DNA of 64,000 bases, taken from positions 115,533-179,532 of the forward strand of contig ML992515.1 in NCBI GenBank assembly GCA_010093995.1, given 5' to 3'. The notes under the pieces were generated by a model. The model ran no database searches. It was given only the letters and a program-made list of their open reading frames with translations, and was not told the DNA's origin. Of this stretch, positions 1 through 12,200 are shown piece after piece (the stretch's first letter is position 1; every line of letters begins with the position of its first letter). The position numbers and the translations under genes are program-made. The stretch comes from Elsinoe ampelina. Taxonomy: Eukaryota.

Positions 1-261
1 TTTGGCGATTCGCTCTCGAAGCTGGCGTGGTAGAGAGGTAAGCCGCTCGATTTGCTTTTAGATATCCAGTCAAGTCCGCTATGCGAGCATGCTGTGGCTA
101 TCGTCAGTACAGCTTCCAAAGCTCAAGATTTCTCGCCATACAATTCTGTAAGCCTCTTTCAAGAATTCGTCCAGCTGATCGAGTGAGTAGCGATATCGCG
201 TGATGGGCGGCACCTCTCTCGCCTTGAGTAGTGCATTGAGATGCGGCGTTACATCCGTCAT
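1..261 (-). CDS. UFE1: ER t-SNARE syntaxin Ufe1/syntaxin-18-like, 5' part only (runs off the window)
   Basis: ATG at 261 gives MTDVTPHLNALL...DEFLKEAYRI. A GT..AG intron at 141-92 is followed by HARIADLTGYLKANRAAYLST. This matches the N-terminal pattern of fungal Ufe1/Syntaxin-18. Confidence 0.7.
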
Positions 262-590
262 GACTGCGGGATCGCATAGCAGAAGCTCCAGTGGTTGATG
301 TCCTTCGGCCAAGTTTGTGTGGAAGACCGAGCGGGAATAAGAGAGCCGCCGACGTCGGCACTAGACCCACCAATCAGAATCCAGCAATTCAAGGAAATGC
401 GACCTCGTTGCCGAAATCCGATCTTTTGCTGTCTCGCATGCGGCCAAACATTTGCACATCAGCGAAGGGGCCGATAGCGTATTGGAACAGGTAGGTAACT
501 GTTGCAAAATGCCGTGTCTTTCTTTTCCACTCGTATCTTTCCTATCTTCTTCGATGATCACATCTCTTTCAACCCTTGGAGAGACTAAGC

Positions 591-2279
591 ATGGACGACA
601 AGACCACAACACGCGAGCATCAGTCTATGAATGTCCCTCCAGATCATTTGATCAGAACCATCTCGCAGGCGACAGTCGAGCCAGCGGCAAATATTGACAT
701 ATCAGATGTACGACGAGAGTCGTTCGAGACACAACATGAAGATATCCGGCAATGTACCACGACCGCTCCGTCGGATATGGAGGCTGTCCGCACAGTATCT
801 ACCCAAGGACCTCTATACTCGGTCTTCACACTATCACAGAAGCGCTTTATAGTCTTCATGTCAGCGATTGGTGGTTTCTTCTCTGCTGTATCAGCAAACA
901 TCTACTTTCCCGCCCTTAACGCTCTGGCTGTCGATTTTGGCGTCTCAGCATCTCTGATCAACTTGACAATAACGACATACATGATCTTCCAAGGCATAGT
1001 TCCATTGTTGATGGGAGATCTTGCCGACACTGTGGGCAGACGACCGGCGTACATTCTCTGCTTCATCCTCTACATCTCTGCAAATATCGGTCTGGCACTT
1101 TGCCCAGATTATGCGTCTTTACTGGTTCTTCGCTGCCTGCAAAGCAGCGGCAGCAGCACACTCATCGCCCTCGGATCTGGTGTCGTGGCTGACGTTGCCG
1201 ACGTTTCGGAGCGAGGATTATGGATGGGTATCAACACCGCTGGCCCCAACGTATCACCTGCAATCGGACCTGTCATCGGAGGCGTCATCTCCCAATACCT
1301 TGGCTGGCGGTGGATCTTCTGGTTCCTCCTCATCCTATCATGCACCTACATGATCCCTCTCGTCCTCTTTTATCCCGAAACCAGCCGGAACGTGGTCGGC
1401 AACGGCTCCCTTCCACCTCAACGCTGGAACGTCTCCCTCGTCAGCTACCTCCAAGTCCGCCGAGCCCAAAAAGGCTCCCTCCCTCCCGAACCCACACCAT
1501 CCCCCCTGCCCCATCGAAAAATCACCTTCCCCAACCCCCTCCACGGCCTCGCCCTCCTCGGCGAAAAAGAAATCGGCCTCCTCCTCGCCTTCAACGCCGT
1601 AGTCTTCATCCCCTACTACGTCACCCTAACCACAACCCCCTACCTCTTCGCGCGCATCTACCACTTCTCAGACGTCCAAATCGGACTCTCCTTCCTCCCC
1701 CTCGGCGCCGGCGCCATCCTCGCCCCCATCATAAACGGCCACTTCCTCGACCTCAACTTCCGCCGCACAGCCAGAAAACTCGGCATGGCGGTGGACAGGA
1801 AACGCGCGACGGATCTCACGTCGTTCCCGCTCGAGAAGGCGAGGATGCAGGTCCTCATGCCGTTCATACTGCTCGGTGTCGCGTCGACGCTGACGTATGG
1901 CTGGATCATGCACTTCGACGCCCCGCTCCCCGCGGCCTTGGTCCTGCAGTTCATCATCGGCATGTGCTCCACCGCTGCGTTTGGGGCGTTGAATGTGCTT
2001 CTCGTGGATCTGTGCCCCAAGACGCCGACGACGGTCATCGCGGCGAATAATTTCTGCAGGTGTCTGATGGGGGCCGGGGCGACGGCCGCTGTTGTGCCTG
2101 CGATTGAAGGGCTGGGCACTGGAGGGGCGTTTTCGTTGACGGCCGGGGTGTTGGCGGCTGTGACGCCGATTGCGTGGGTGTTGGTTAAGAAGGGGCCGAA
2201 GTGGAGGGAGGAGAGGAGGGTGAGGCTTGCGAAGGTGGAGGAGAAGAGGAGGGAGAGGGAGGAAGGAGAGGAGAAATGA
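591..2279 (+). CDS. MFS multidrug transporter, DHA1 family (QDR-like)
   Basis: Intronless ORF with about 12 hydrophobic segments. Motifs include SANIYFPAL, LADTVGRRP, LRCLQSSGSS, GWRWIFWFL, PETSRNVVGNGS and FPLEKAR. First ATG is at 591. Confidence 0.9.
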   Translation: MDDKTTTREHQSMNVPPDHLIRTISQATVEPAANIDISDVRRESFETQHEDIRQCTTTAPSDMEAVRTVSTQGPLYSVFTLSQKRFIVFMSAIGGFFSAVSANIYFPALNALAVDFGVSASLINLTITTYMIFQGIVPLLMGDLADTVGRRPAYILCFILYISANIGLALCPDYASLLVLRCLQSSGSSTLIALGSGVVADVADVSERGLWMGINTAGPNVSPAIGPVIGGVISQYLGWRWIFWFLLILSCTYMIPLVLFYPETSRNVVGNGSLPPQRWNVSLVSYLQVRRAQKGSLPPEPTPSPLPHRKITFPNPLHGLALLGEKEIGLLLAFNAVVFIPYYVTLTTTPYLFARIYHFSDVQIGLSFLPLGAGAILAPIINGHFLDLNFRRTARKLGMAVDRKRATDLTSFPLEKARMQVLMPFILLGVASTLTYGWIMHFDAPLPAALVLQFIIGMCSTAAFGALNVLLVDLCPKTPTTVIAANNFCRCLMGAGATAAVVPAIEGLGTGGAFSLTAGVLAAVTPIAWVLVKKGPKWREERRVRLAKVEEKRREREEGEEK

Positions 2280-2484
2280 AGTCATGATCTTGCATAGCGT
2301 TGATTCGTGTTCAATGCATTCTACCTTTTATCCAGCACAATTTAAGCAGCACGGTCCTGTCGTGCCCGTCTCACTGCCCTGCTTTCTCGTTTCTGTGCTT
2401 CAGACGGACGACTCATGTTCTGCTTAGCATGACATCCTCAGTTCATCCAGTGCTAACCAGGCAATCCGTACGCACCACAGATCA

Positions 2485-4023
2485 TCAACTCCCGTCCTCC
2501 TCTCCCTGTCCAGCCCCAACCTTGCCCTCCCCAACCACCACCAACTCTTCCTCATCAATCAACCCCTCAGCAGCAATCTCATCCCCTTCATCCCAGCCAT
2601 ACTCACTTCCAACCTCACTATCACTATCCGCCACCTCGTCAAACTTCCTCTTGCTCTTCACCGTCTGCTTCTTCGGACTGACAACCCGCGCCGCTCTCCT
2701 TTGTCCCGCCCTCACCTCCCGCATACCCCTGCTCGAGATCTCGACTGGCACCACTAGCCCTAAGTCACCTTGAGCATCCCAGTCACCGTCTCCATAGTCG
2801 TGTCCGTAACCGTGTGAGTCGACGAGACTCCTCCCTCCCGCCTTAGTGACGGAGAAGTACCACCCATCCTTCCACCCTCCTCGAGCCACGCCATTCCCCT
2901 TTCCCCCTCCTTGACTTTCTCCCCATGTCTCCCCCCCTCGCTCTGTCTGCCCGATCCCGTCTCTCCTCTCTCCTCCGCTCATCTCACCCCCTCTTCCCCC
3001 TGCCCCTCCCCCTCCCCCTCCCGAGCCACCACCCCGGCTGTAGTCCCGAAACAACCCAACCCGACAAGCTACACTCCTCTCCCACTCCACCCCTCCCACC
3101 CCTCCCCCTAGCCCAGCCCCTCTCCCCTTCCCCCTCCCCCTCGTCACGGCCCCGCACGTCACCACCACCGCCAACCCATGGAGGGTAGCTACCTTCTTCA
3201 ACGCCGCGCCCAGCGTACCTGTCACAGCGTACCTGCGATTCGCAGCCCATTTCTGCGCCTCCGCTTGGGGACCTCTTGGGAATGAGCCAGCGCCGGAATG
3301 GGAGGAAGGGTAGGTCGACGGGACAGGGTGGCGGGGGTAAGCGGCGTCGAGGGGGGAGGAGAGGTTTTCTAGTACCAGCAGGGAGGAGGTGGGGAGGGGG
3401 ATGGAGGCGGGGGGGAAGAGGAGGAGGGTGAGGATGTGCGAGAGAGTGGGGAGGGGGAGGTGGTGGAATTGGGTGGCGAGATCGGGGGTGGGGATTGGGG
3501 TGGAGAGGATCGGAGAGAGGCGGCATGGGGCGAGCGGGGTGGATGCATCTGCGAGGGATCAGTGGGGTGGAGAGGAATGGGGGGAGATGTGGTGACGTAC
3601 CGATCCATGTTACTTGTTGGCCGGAGCGGAGGGCGTGGGCGGCGAATTGCATGCTGGTTATGGTTAGAGGTCGAGTTGATGTACAAGTGCCGGAAGATGC
3701 TCACGCGAGTGTGGTCTTGCCACTGCCTGATGGCCCCCATATCTCTGTCACGGTGCCTCGTTGGAGCCCGGTGGGTTTTGATGCGTGTTGGAATGTGTCC
3801 GAAGATCCATTGCTGGCGAGGATAGAGTCCAGCTGTGGCAGGCCGGATATGAGTGGCGAGGGAGCATTGGCTTGCAGGTCTTTGAGAGCTTGAGTGGCCG
3901 ATACTGTTGGAAGGCGGTCTGACAGTATCAATGGCTGCAAGATTGATGAAGGATCTGTTAATACTCACGTGATGACACCGGCAATGCCGAAGACGAAGGC
4001 AAAGGCTGCGATGCCGTCTGCAT
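2485..4023 (-). CDS. RAD55: RecA/Rad51 paralog, Rad55-like DNA repair protein (multi-exon)
   Basis: The spliced N-terminus reads MQTASQPL...SSHRLPTVSATQAL. It also has SGLPQLD, Walker A in GTVTEIWGPSGSGKT, and an acidic C-terminus KRKFDEVADSDSE...EYGWDE typical of Pezizomycotina Rad55. Confidence 0.75.
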
Positions 4024-7000
4024 GGTGATTCCACCCCTCTAGGTATACTCAAAGCTGCATCTTTACGCGCTCGCTTCACCCAGCATCACGAGAATCCACA
4101 CGCTCTCTCAGCAATCGATATCCTGTCACCGCGATTCGAAAGGCTTCTAACCATCAAGTTAAGAGCATGCGACACATCCAAAAAGCATCACACGCCCCGG
4201 GCAATCCCGGCCAAGCCCCATCCCAGCCATCGGGACAATCGTCGGTGTATCTTGGTAAGCTACCCTCGGTAGCGGCGACATATTTGAGTGCATCTGCAAG
4301 TTGTGCAAAAAACGATTCTCACCACGTGGATTGATTCGGTCATGAATTGCAAGGGACGAGCGAGGGTGGGAGAAAATCTCAAATATCATTCATGTCACAT
4401 TCGGCACAAGTTTCTCGAGCCCATGTCTAGTGTATCTCTCTGCCCGGGTGTCCATCGGCATGCGTCTCCCTTTTCGTCTGCCGTGCTCGTGTCAAGGCAG
4501 GTCAGGTGGGCATGTTTAGCCTTGTCTGCGTCTCCGCAGTGCTGGTGGCTGTCGGAGGAGAGCGATCAGATCAAGTGCCGGGGGAAGAAGGTGGTCGATC
4601 TCGGGTCTTGTTCCGTTGATCTTTGGGGGATTTGCCTGTGAGGCTCTCTTGCATACACGAACAGATGTTCTTGACACGAAGGGAGTATGTTCGTGGGCCA
4701 TGGTCGCTTCAAATACCTTCTCGACTTTGCGGACGAGCAGATTCTGTGCTTCGCCCCCCCCACTTTCACCCATGCACACACCGAGTGGGGCCACAAACCG
4801 TGGTACAATACCCGTCGAGATTCGACTTCACAGGCCATCCCAAGACTAGCGGTGAGATCTGTCTTTCTCCTGCTTCGCACACGAGGGTTAATCAAAAGTC
4901 AAAGGAGGCGGTGTAGAGATCCCACACGTGGCATTGGATCGCGTCGAGTCAGGGGCATAAGACACGAGATGGGAAAGGGACAAAAATATCCGATGAAAAG
5001 TTTTCCCGGTCAAGGTCTTGTAAATGCTACATAAGAAGGACGCCCAGGGGATAAGAAACATTTGTCGCGTTTTGTTGATTGCTGAAGAGGTTTATGCACT
5101 ACATGTCATGCGACAGCTCGATCCACTCAGCTCTCTGCAAGCCACGGCGCGAACCTGACGCCGGCAGTCGAACGTTATGTGCCGGCCAACGCGTGTCGAG
5201 ATTGGACGGACGGAGGTGCATGCCGATCTGGCTGTCAAGCACAAAGATGTCGACTGGTCACGATTGCTGCATGCTGGATGCGAGGTAGCAGGGCTAGAGA
5301 CGTTGCTGGCTTGGTCGGCGCGAAGACTGGCTGGAAAGCCCCGAGAGAAGGCCGCAAAAGCATCAACCGTTGCGTCATCCTTATTGGAGAGTGCCATAGC
5401 GAGAAGGTGGTTGATAGGGACTTCTCGGTGTTGGAACGATTCCAAGTTTTTGCAGCGCAACCTCGGCTGCGTCTTCTTTGGCATTGTTCGCGTACGAACC
5501 GTCGTACCAGTATCTGGCGTGGTAGGTCTTTCCGTTGACCTCGACGGTACTCGACCAAGCAGTTCTTCCGCCTGCATGGAATCGTCAGTTCATGACTCAT
5601 GAGACAAGTCACACGGCAGGTTAGGCGGGTTCGGGACTCCCCACTCGACATGTTCAGGTAGGCGAAACGCGTCGAAACGAGTCTTCTACCGGCTGATTCG
5701 TCGAGAGATCGGGCTTGACGAGTATAAGAGGGGGGGAGAAACGTCTTACTGACCTCTTCTGTCCGAGAACATTTCATATCTGGGAGGTGTGTATCCGAGC
5801 CTGGTGCATTCACCTGCATGAAAAGCCTTGGTCAGTCTCGCGGTCACGACTAAGCTCGAGGTCAAGTGTTCTTTGACTAACCGTGTAGCCTGGTCTGCCA
5901 AGTCAATGATGTACTGGAGCTGACACTCGAACTCCTCGTCGACGATGAATTTGAGGACATGATAGTCCAGCAATTTGCGAAGAGCTGGTCCTGCAAGGGC
6001 TCTAAAGTGTCTCGCTGATGGCCGAGTGAAGGGAGAAGTACAGAGAGGGGATAATGACAATTGAATTGATATTCGTTGCGCAGCAAAACAACCTAAAGCA
6101 GTCTCCTGACCGCTCTAGTCGATAGCGAGAAATGTCCGGAGCAAAGTAGATCGATATTCGTGGTGATGCGGGCCGTCAGGTAATGACTACCAAACGAAAG
6201 GGTGGTAGGGAAATGCCGCAACAGAGCAGTAAAGATTGAAGCCGGAAAACGACAGACTGAGTCAAGCTTGATATTCTTTTGAAGCAGTAGGGTGCGTTGG
6301 CATCATATACAGGTCTTTCTTTAGAGGGGCTTTCAAAGTCCAGATTGGGTGGCCTGTTTTAAAGTGTGCAGAAAATCACATGTGTGTCTTCGCCAGGCAT
6401 CGCAACCTAGAGTGCAGATTGACAGGGTGTCGACCAATCGTTTTCTCAAGGGGGTCACCAAACCATTGAATGGTGTGCGTCTTGGTTAGCTCGAACCATG
6501 GAGTCGGTATCGAAACGTGCAGGACGGCGTTTGTGGGAGCATCTGCTCTCCGTCCTTCGTCCTGTTAGTACATCAAGTAGCCCTTTTGTGCAGGGTACAA
6601 ACGGCACGAGAAGAGGGAGAAATTGCTGCCGCTTCGGCGTGTCTTCGGTTCTGTCCGGGAATGAAGTTTTCGCAAGGGTTGAAGGAAAACTGGAGCGTCC
6701 TTTTGGCAGCGGACGAAGAGTCGGGGAATCGTCACTGTGCGTTGAGACGTCATGCCTAGGGCACTGTCGGCCGGCGGTCAAAAGTTTGTAGTACAGAGGG
6801 GAAGGTTCCGGTCCGTCATGGTAGAGGACGAGACGCATTCATGCCTCACATTGTAGGTGGGGAGCGACGTGTACCTACGCGTCTGTACCAGGTGGCTTAC
6901 TTCGCGTGCATGCGCCTTTCAAAATGTGAGCCCGACATGTCTGTTGGATAACGAATTCCATCGCGATTGTGCATCAGACGGACAGCCTGCGGTTGGTGCC

Positions 7001-7592
7001 CACGGAAAAAGTGGACATGACAAAGTGACCTTGCCGAGCAGGGCAGGACATTGGCCAGGCCGTGGAGAAAGAGTCGACGGAAACGTGAAGAAGTCGTGCT
7101 TCAGCTGCGAACCAGCTTACGGACGCCAGTGACGGTCCGCAGCGCCCGCAACCCTATCCTGGTATCAAGTGGTAATGAACAGTTTACAATGCATGTTCGC
7201 CGCATGCCAGTGAAACTCGAGTGTGTAGGGCTTGTCAACATACATACAATACCGCATGATCCGAATTACGCATCACGCAATATGTGAAGGCGTCTTGGTA
7301 AACAATGAGCTGACGCAATCTTGCTGGTAGACAGATACATAGCCTGGCTCTGTCCAAGTGGGTTTCAATCTAGATGACCAATGTCCCATGCTCTGAGGAT
7401 GTAGCAGCGCGTGAAGTCATGATTAGTGTCACAGAAAACGCCTCCTGATACATCATCGTGGCTGCCACCGAGTCATTGGGCAGCAATCTGGCCGGGCTTT
7501 TGGTCCGAGTTGTAACAGCTTGTCATTTAGTCTGCTCGCTCGTGCAACAGATATGCTAGATGAAGCCAGAGTTGCGGATATGCCGCTTGATA

Positions 7593-7616
7593 TGCAAATG
7601 CAAATGCAAATGCAAA
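7593..7616 (+). repeat. (TGCAAA)4 microsatellite
   Basis: Four perfect tandem hexamers downstream of the minus-strand gene ending at 7889. Confidence 0.9.
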
Positions 7617-7888
7617 AAGCGAGAGGGGATTGATTGTTCCGCCTTCTTCATAGGTATCATGTCCGTAAATCCCTCCAGCTATGCACTGCCTCCATGTATC
7701 CTGGCAATCCCGCCGGGGACTGTTTCCGGTTACAATGAATAAAACAAATAATTCCGAAATGCCATATATACATGTAGGCGGTAGCGAGGTGTCGTGAGCG
7801 TAGTAAGCATGGTAGTATCGTCAATCGTGGAAGAGCATAGAGTCGACAAGTGTTGTAAAGAGGAGAGGGCGAAGACGAAGAGGTTCCA

Positions 7889-9292
7889 TCACCCGTGATT
7901 ATTGTGGCGGAGTGGCGTCGGGTGACGAGCAGCAGTATGAATGTGACTCGTCATGGGTGGCAAACGTCCCAAAGGAACACCATCAGGCAGCAGCTTGGGT
8001 TTGAGCCTCTGCATAGAGAGCATGCCGTGCGGCTTGCGTGGTTTGCCGTGGAATCGACGTTTGATACAGTCGTCCACTAGGGCAACAAGGCCGGAGGAAA
8101 TGATGACACTGCTTGCTGTTAGACTCGTGTTAAGCTTGATCGTTGATGCTGCAACTTACTCGGATACATCATTCTGCATGCTGACCAGTCGCTCGTCGCT
8201 GATCCACATGGCACAAGGTGGAACCCATCCACCCTTGCTGCGCTCTTCGTGTCGCTGTGTCGGGCTCATGGGCTCCGGGACGATGTTGGCGAGTGACTCG
8301 CTGCCGCCAACCTTGAACAAGTGGAAAGACGTTGTAACGTCCTTGCCGTTCTTCTGAACATGTCGCTTCCATTGATATGTCTTGCCCCAGTATTCGAATT
8401 CGTATCTTTTACTTGACTTTGTGCCTCGGCGCTTGACTTCCACGTGTGCGTAGTTGGAGAATTCGAGCCTGGTAGTGTTTGTTGGGAGATGTGGATGCGT
8501 GCGGCTGTCCATGCCCGCTGACTGGGGTCGCTCACGCTCTGATTCGAAGGATCTCTTAAAGCCATCTTGTGTTCTGTTGATGGTCGATAGCGTCGGCATT
8601 CGGTTGTCTGACTTTGTCCTTAGGCTGGCGATTGCGTTTGTGAGAGATCGCTGAAAGCCGGGTCTTTTCTGCTCCGTCTTCTGATAATTGCGTGTCGAAT
8701 GACATACTTCTCGACCGGAATCGCGATCGTATCGTCTCAGTGAGAATTCCCGGCTCTTCAAATCATACATGCGCAGATGAAATAGTGTCATGTTCTGCAG
8801 GCGTCCTCTCGGCGTGCGGACCTGGGTGTTCACTTTGAGGTTCATGTTGCCATCTGGTGTGGAGTCGTCATGACTGATGGACAGCCTCCTTGTCGAAGGG
8901 AAGAGTTTGCTAAAGTCGGAGGGGGTTGTAGGTATCGAGTCATCGTAGTAGGCATCAGGCTGGAAGACCGGAACTTGGAAGTCATCCTGTGCGTCGTCTT
9001 CCCCCTGCTCCTCAAGAATTGATGGTACTGTAGATGCGTATGTCTCTACAGAAGAGCGAGGGCTGTCCACGTAGGTAACAGAAGAGACCTTTGGTTCATA
9101 GGCATGGGAGACATCGCTCGTCCGCAGTGAATCAAGCTTGGTAGTGATATATTCGTATTCGGTAGGGACAGTACTGCGTGAATGATAGGAGCTATCACTA
9201 CGATCTGAACCACTTGACCTGCGGGATCGTTCTGAATATGTGCTTTGTCGACTATCGTCCAAGGACGTCCTCTGGTATTTTGGAGTTGACAT
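7889..9292 (-). CDS. Conserved fungal hypothetical protein (2 exons)
   Basis: A 378-aa first exon (HDDSTPDGNMNL, LFHLRMYDLKSREFSLRRY, LEFSNYAHV, YEFEYWG, GGWVPPC). An intron near 8114-8159 is followed by VIISSGLVALVDDCIKRRFH to a stop at 7889. Confidence 0.8.
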
Positions 9293-12200
9293 GAGTAATG
9301 TGGTGGGTTGATCAATAGCGACGGTGCCTGCAATAGATATTGGGAATGACGCCAGTCCACGCGGGTCTGGACTGGTCAGGGGCGGCGTGCAGGAGGACGC
9401 TCAGGTGACTTTGAGCGACAAGCGGTGAATGACCTGGATGTTCGGGTTGCATAGAAACGTTCTGGAAGGGTTCGTCGTGCGTCAGAGGACCATGCAGCCA
9501 TACCAAAGGGGTACTCCAGTCAGTTATAGAGATTGAGAATCCATAATTGCTCCAGATGTTCCCACAAAGGGACAAAGGATTGCCCGCCGTTGGGTGAACA
9601 GAGCGTTTAGACGTGGAGAGGCAGGGACAAACAGTTGTTAAAAAACGAGTTGAGGGCGTTGCAGACGAATGAGAGGCTCCATGGAAACGCAGAAGCCATG
9701 GCGGGATGGCTGAAGGAGGCTACCCACGCAATCCGCCGAATCCTTGGAGCAAGCACACTGCGTGTGACAGGCTGCGTGGGGCGCATGGACCTACCAGTAA
9801 GTGCATCGAACAGGGTTTGGCAGCCGGGAAAGTATCATCGGTACGCCGCTGGTAGATCGGGCCCTTGTTGTGGGAAAGCAGTGCGTTTTTTGACCATTCA
9901 CAAGCGCCATCTACGGCGTATCACATCGTCCAGGCGCGAACTTGTCCGGATATTCATCGCAAAGATCCTTTTCGCGCCGACCTCCGGACTTGCTTGCTTA
10001 TTGGTGGTATGAGAAGTTTGTATTCCATTGCACAATGTCAATTCATCCCTGAACAGGAGAGAGTGCCCTGCGTGCCTACGGCAGAGGCGACGAGCAAGAG
10101 ACAATACGGAACGATTCATGCCTGTTTGAAAACACTGCAACGAGGGCAAGAGGCTTGACAAGAAACTTACCTTGTCCCGCAGTCTTCCGTGCAGCTCCCC
10201 GGTTTCGGTCGCGCGACTCATCGAGTGTATCCGATACTTGACATTTTCAACCCTCCTTGCTGCATGATGATGTAGGGCACATGTTGTGTTCTATTGGAGA
10301 GCTGCAGCCCGGTCTGTGATAGAGTATCGTCGCTGGCACTAGCAGAAGCCATCATGGTGATGGAAGTGAGAGCGACTCTCGACGAGATGACTGGACCTTG
10401 ATTGCTTCAGACGAGGTCACGCAGCAGAATAGGCTACCACAGCTGCTCCTCTCAGCCATGGTAACTCGTCGGGAGGCGTAGATCTGGATCACCAGTGCTG
10501 TCTCGTGTGGTACGGCGCTCTGGCGCCAGCCTCTTCCCGTCAGCTCGTCCAGATTTTCTTTGTCCGAGGAAGTGGTAATTTTTGACGACACGTTTTAACG
10601 GAGTTTTTAACGACAGCGATCGAGCGGCAGCTCCCGATTTGCCGATTGACCCCGCCCCATCACTCAAGCCCCCCCCCGAACGAGGAAAGAACCAAGCACG
10701 ACCGTCCACGTCAATCGCAGATCATCCATGCATGACATGCTTCTTGTACCATCAGCTAGTTACTGGCCTTTTGTACCTGAGGATTCCCAACGATCGGCAT
10801 CATGGCAACTCATAACTGCACGTACTGCTGCGGAACGAATCGAGATATGAAGATACCTCCACCAATAACAGTTGCAGATATGCTCAACCACATCAGACAT
10901 CCTGCACAATCCTAGGTGACAGCTCAAAGCCGGCGACATGATCTACGCACATCTCGATGACCGACCGACCGCCTCCACGCATTCTGCTATGCTGGCACAC
11001 ACACTAATCCCCGTCTTTACTTCGACATAAAACATTGACCTGCCATAGCGTCAACCCGCGGTAAACTTCAGTGCGGGGTGCAAACTGCGCAATGACATGC
11101 AGTACGAAGCACAGGTATACCTCTGTACATGGTACTTACCCGCTCAACCCCAAACATACTCGCTGCAGGTGCAGATGTGACGGATCACCTCTGCCGCGTT
11201 CCCCGTCCACTCACAGCGCTGCTTGACCATCTTCGCAGGATGCCGTGGATATGCGATCGCCAAAGGTAACAAATATTTGGGATCTGAGTTTGGTCATCTG
11301 TCAGCCTGTCACCTCATAGAACGCTCGAGAACGAGTCCAGGCAACATCGAAAACAACGCACTGCAAAGCAGCAAATGTGGAGAGGGAAGTAGCAGCTTCG
11401 AACGAGCATTCTAGCAGGGATGCATGCCTTCCATGTCTTGCTAGTCATGGTCTGGTGACACGACATTAGGCATTTGACGACACAGCGCCTCTTCACATGA
11501 ATGACGACCCTGGACACGGCTGGCCTGCCCGATTTCACAGCTTTCAGCTTTCGTTGGATTTTGTGCGACACCAGCTGCAAATATTTGTATATCTGTCATC
11601 CCACCGTGCCCCCCTTCCGGCTACTCTGGGCTCGCATGCAGCCAGAGACTACTGCATTCCTTCGACGTACCATGGGAATTCGTCGCGGCACGAAACTTGA
11701 TGGATATGCAGCCACTTGGGATCGTAATCAGCCTATGGCTTTGCTTTGCCCATTCTAAGGTCCTCCGCTTCCTTGCGCACTACGTGCTGAACAGTGATTG
11801 CTCCAGATCAACCAATGGCCGTCTAGTGCGGCGGCTGCATACATTAGGTGGAGGTTAGCAGCTCTTTCTTTCGTTTCTCAACCACCATGGCGTCTTCGAG
11901 GTCTCACTGGCTGCGGGTCCAGTCCAATCGCTGTCGACTTCTCTTCTCTGCTTGCATCTGACTTCTCCGCTCCGCTCCGTTCTAGCTCGACCTCGATCTT
12001 TCGCCTGGGCTGGATCTACGCACACCATAATGGGAACCTCGCCAGCTGTTCAGCACTTCCGCTACGATCCCTCAGGCACTTGATTCCTTTCTACTCTTGG
12101 CAACCAGACCTATCAGGTGTCAGTCATTACATTTTCAGTGCTTGGGTCTCAAGTCGCCGTGAATCTATTGATAGGAGTCAGTGTCGCTGCAGACCGAATC

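Noticed and set aside
1220..2285. Long alternative-frame and antisense ORFs over the MFS gene
   Set aside because: Shadow ORFs caused by extreme C/G third-position bias; the products are low-complexity Pro/Arg strings.
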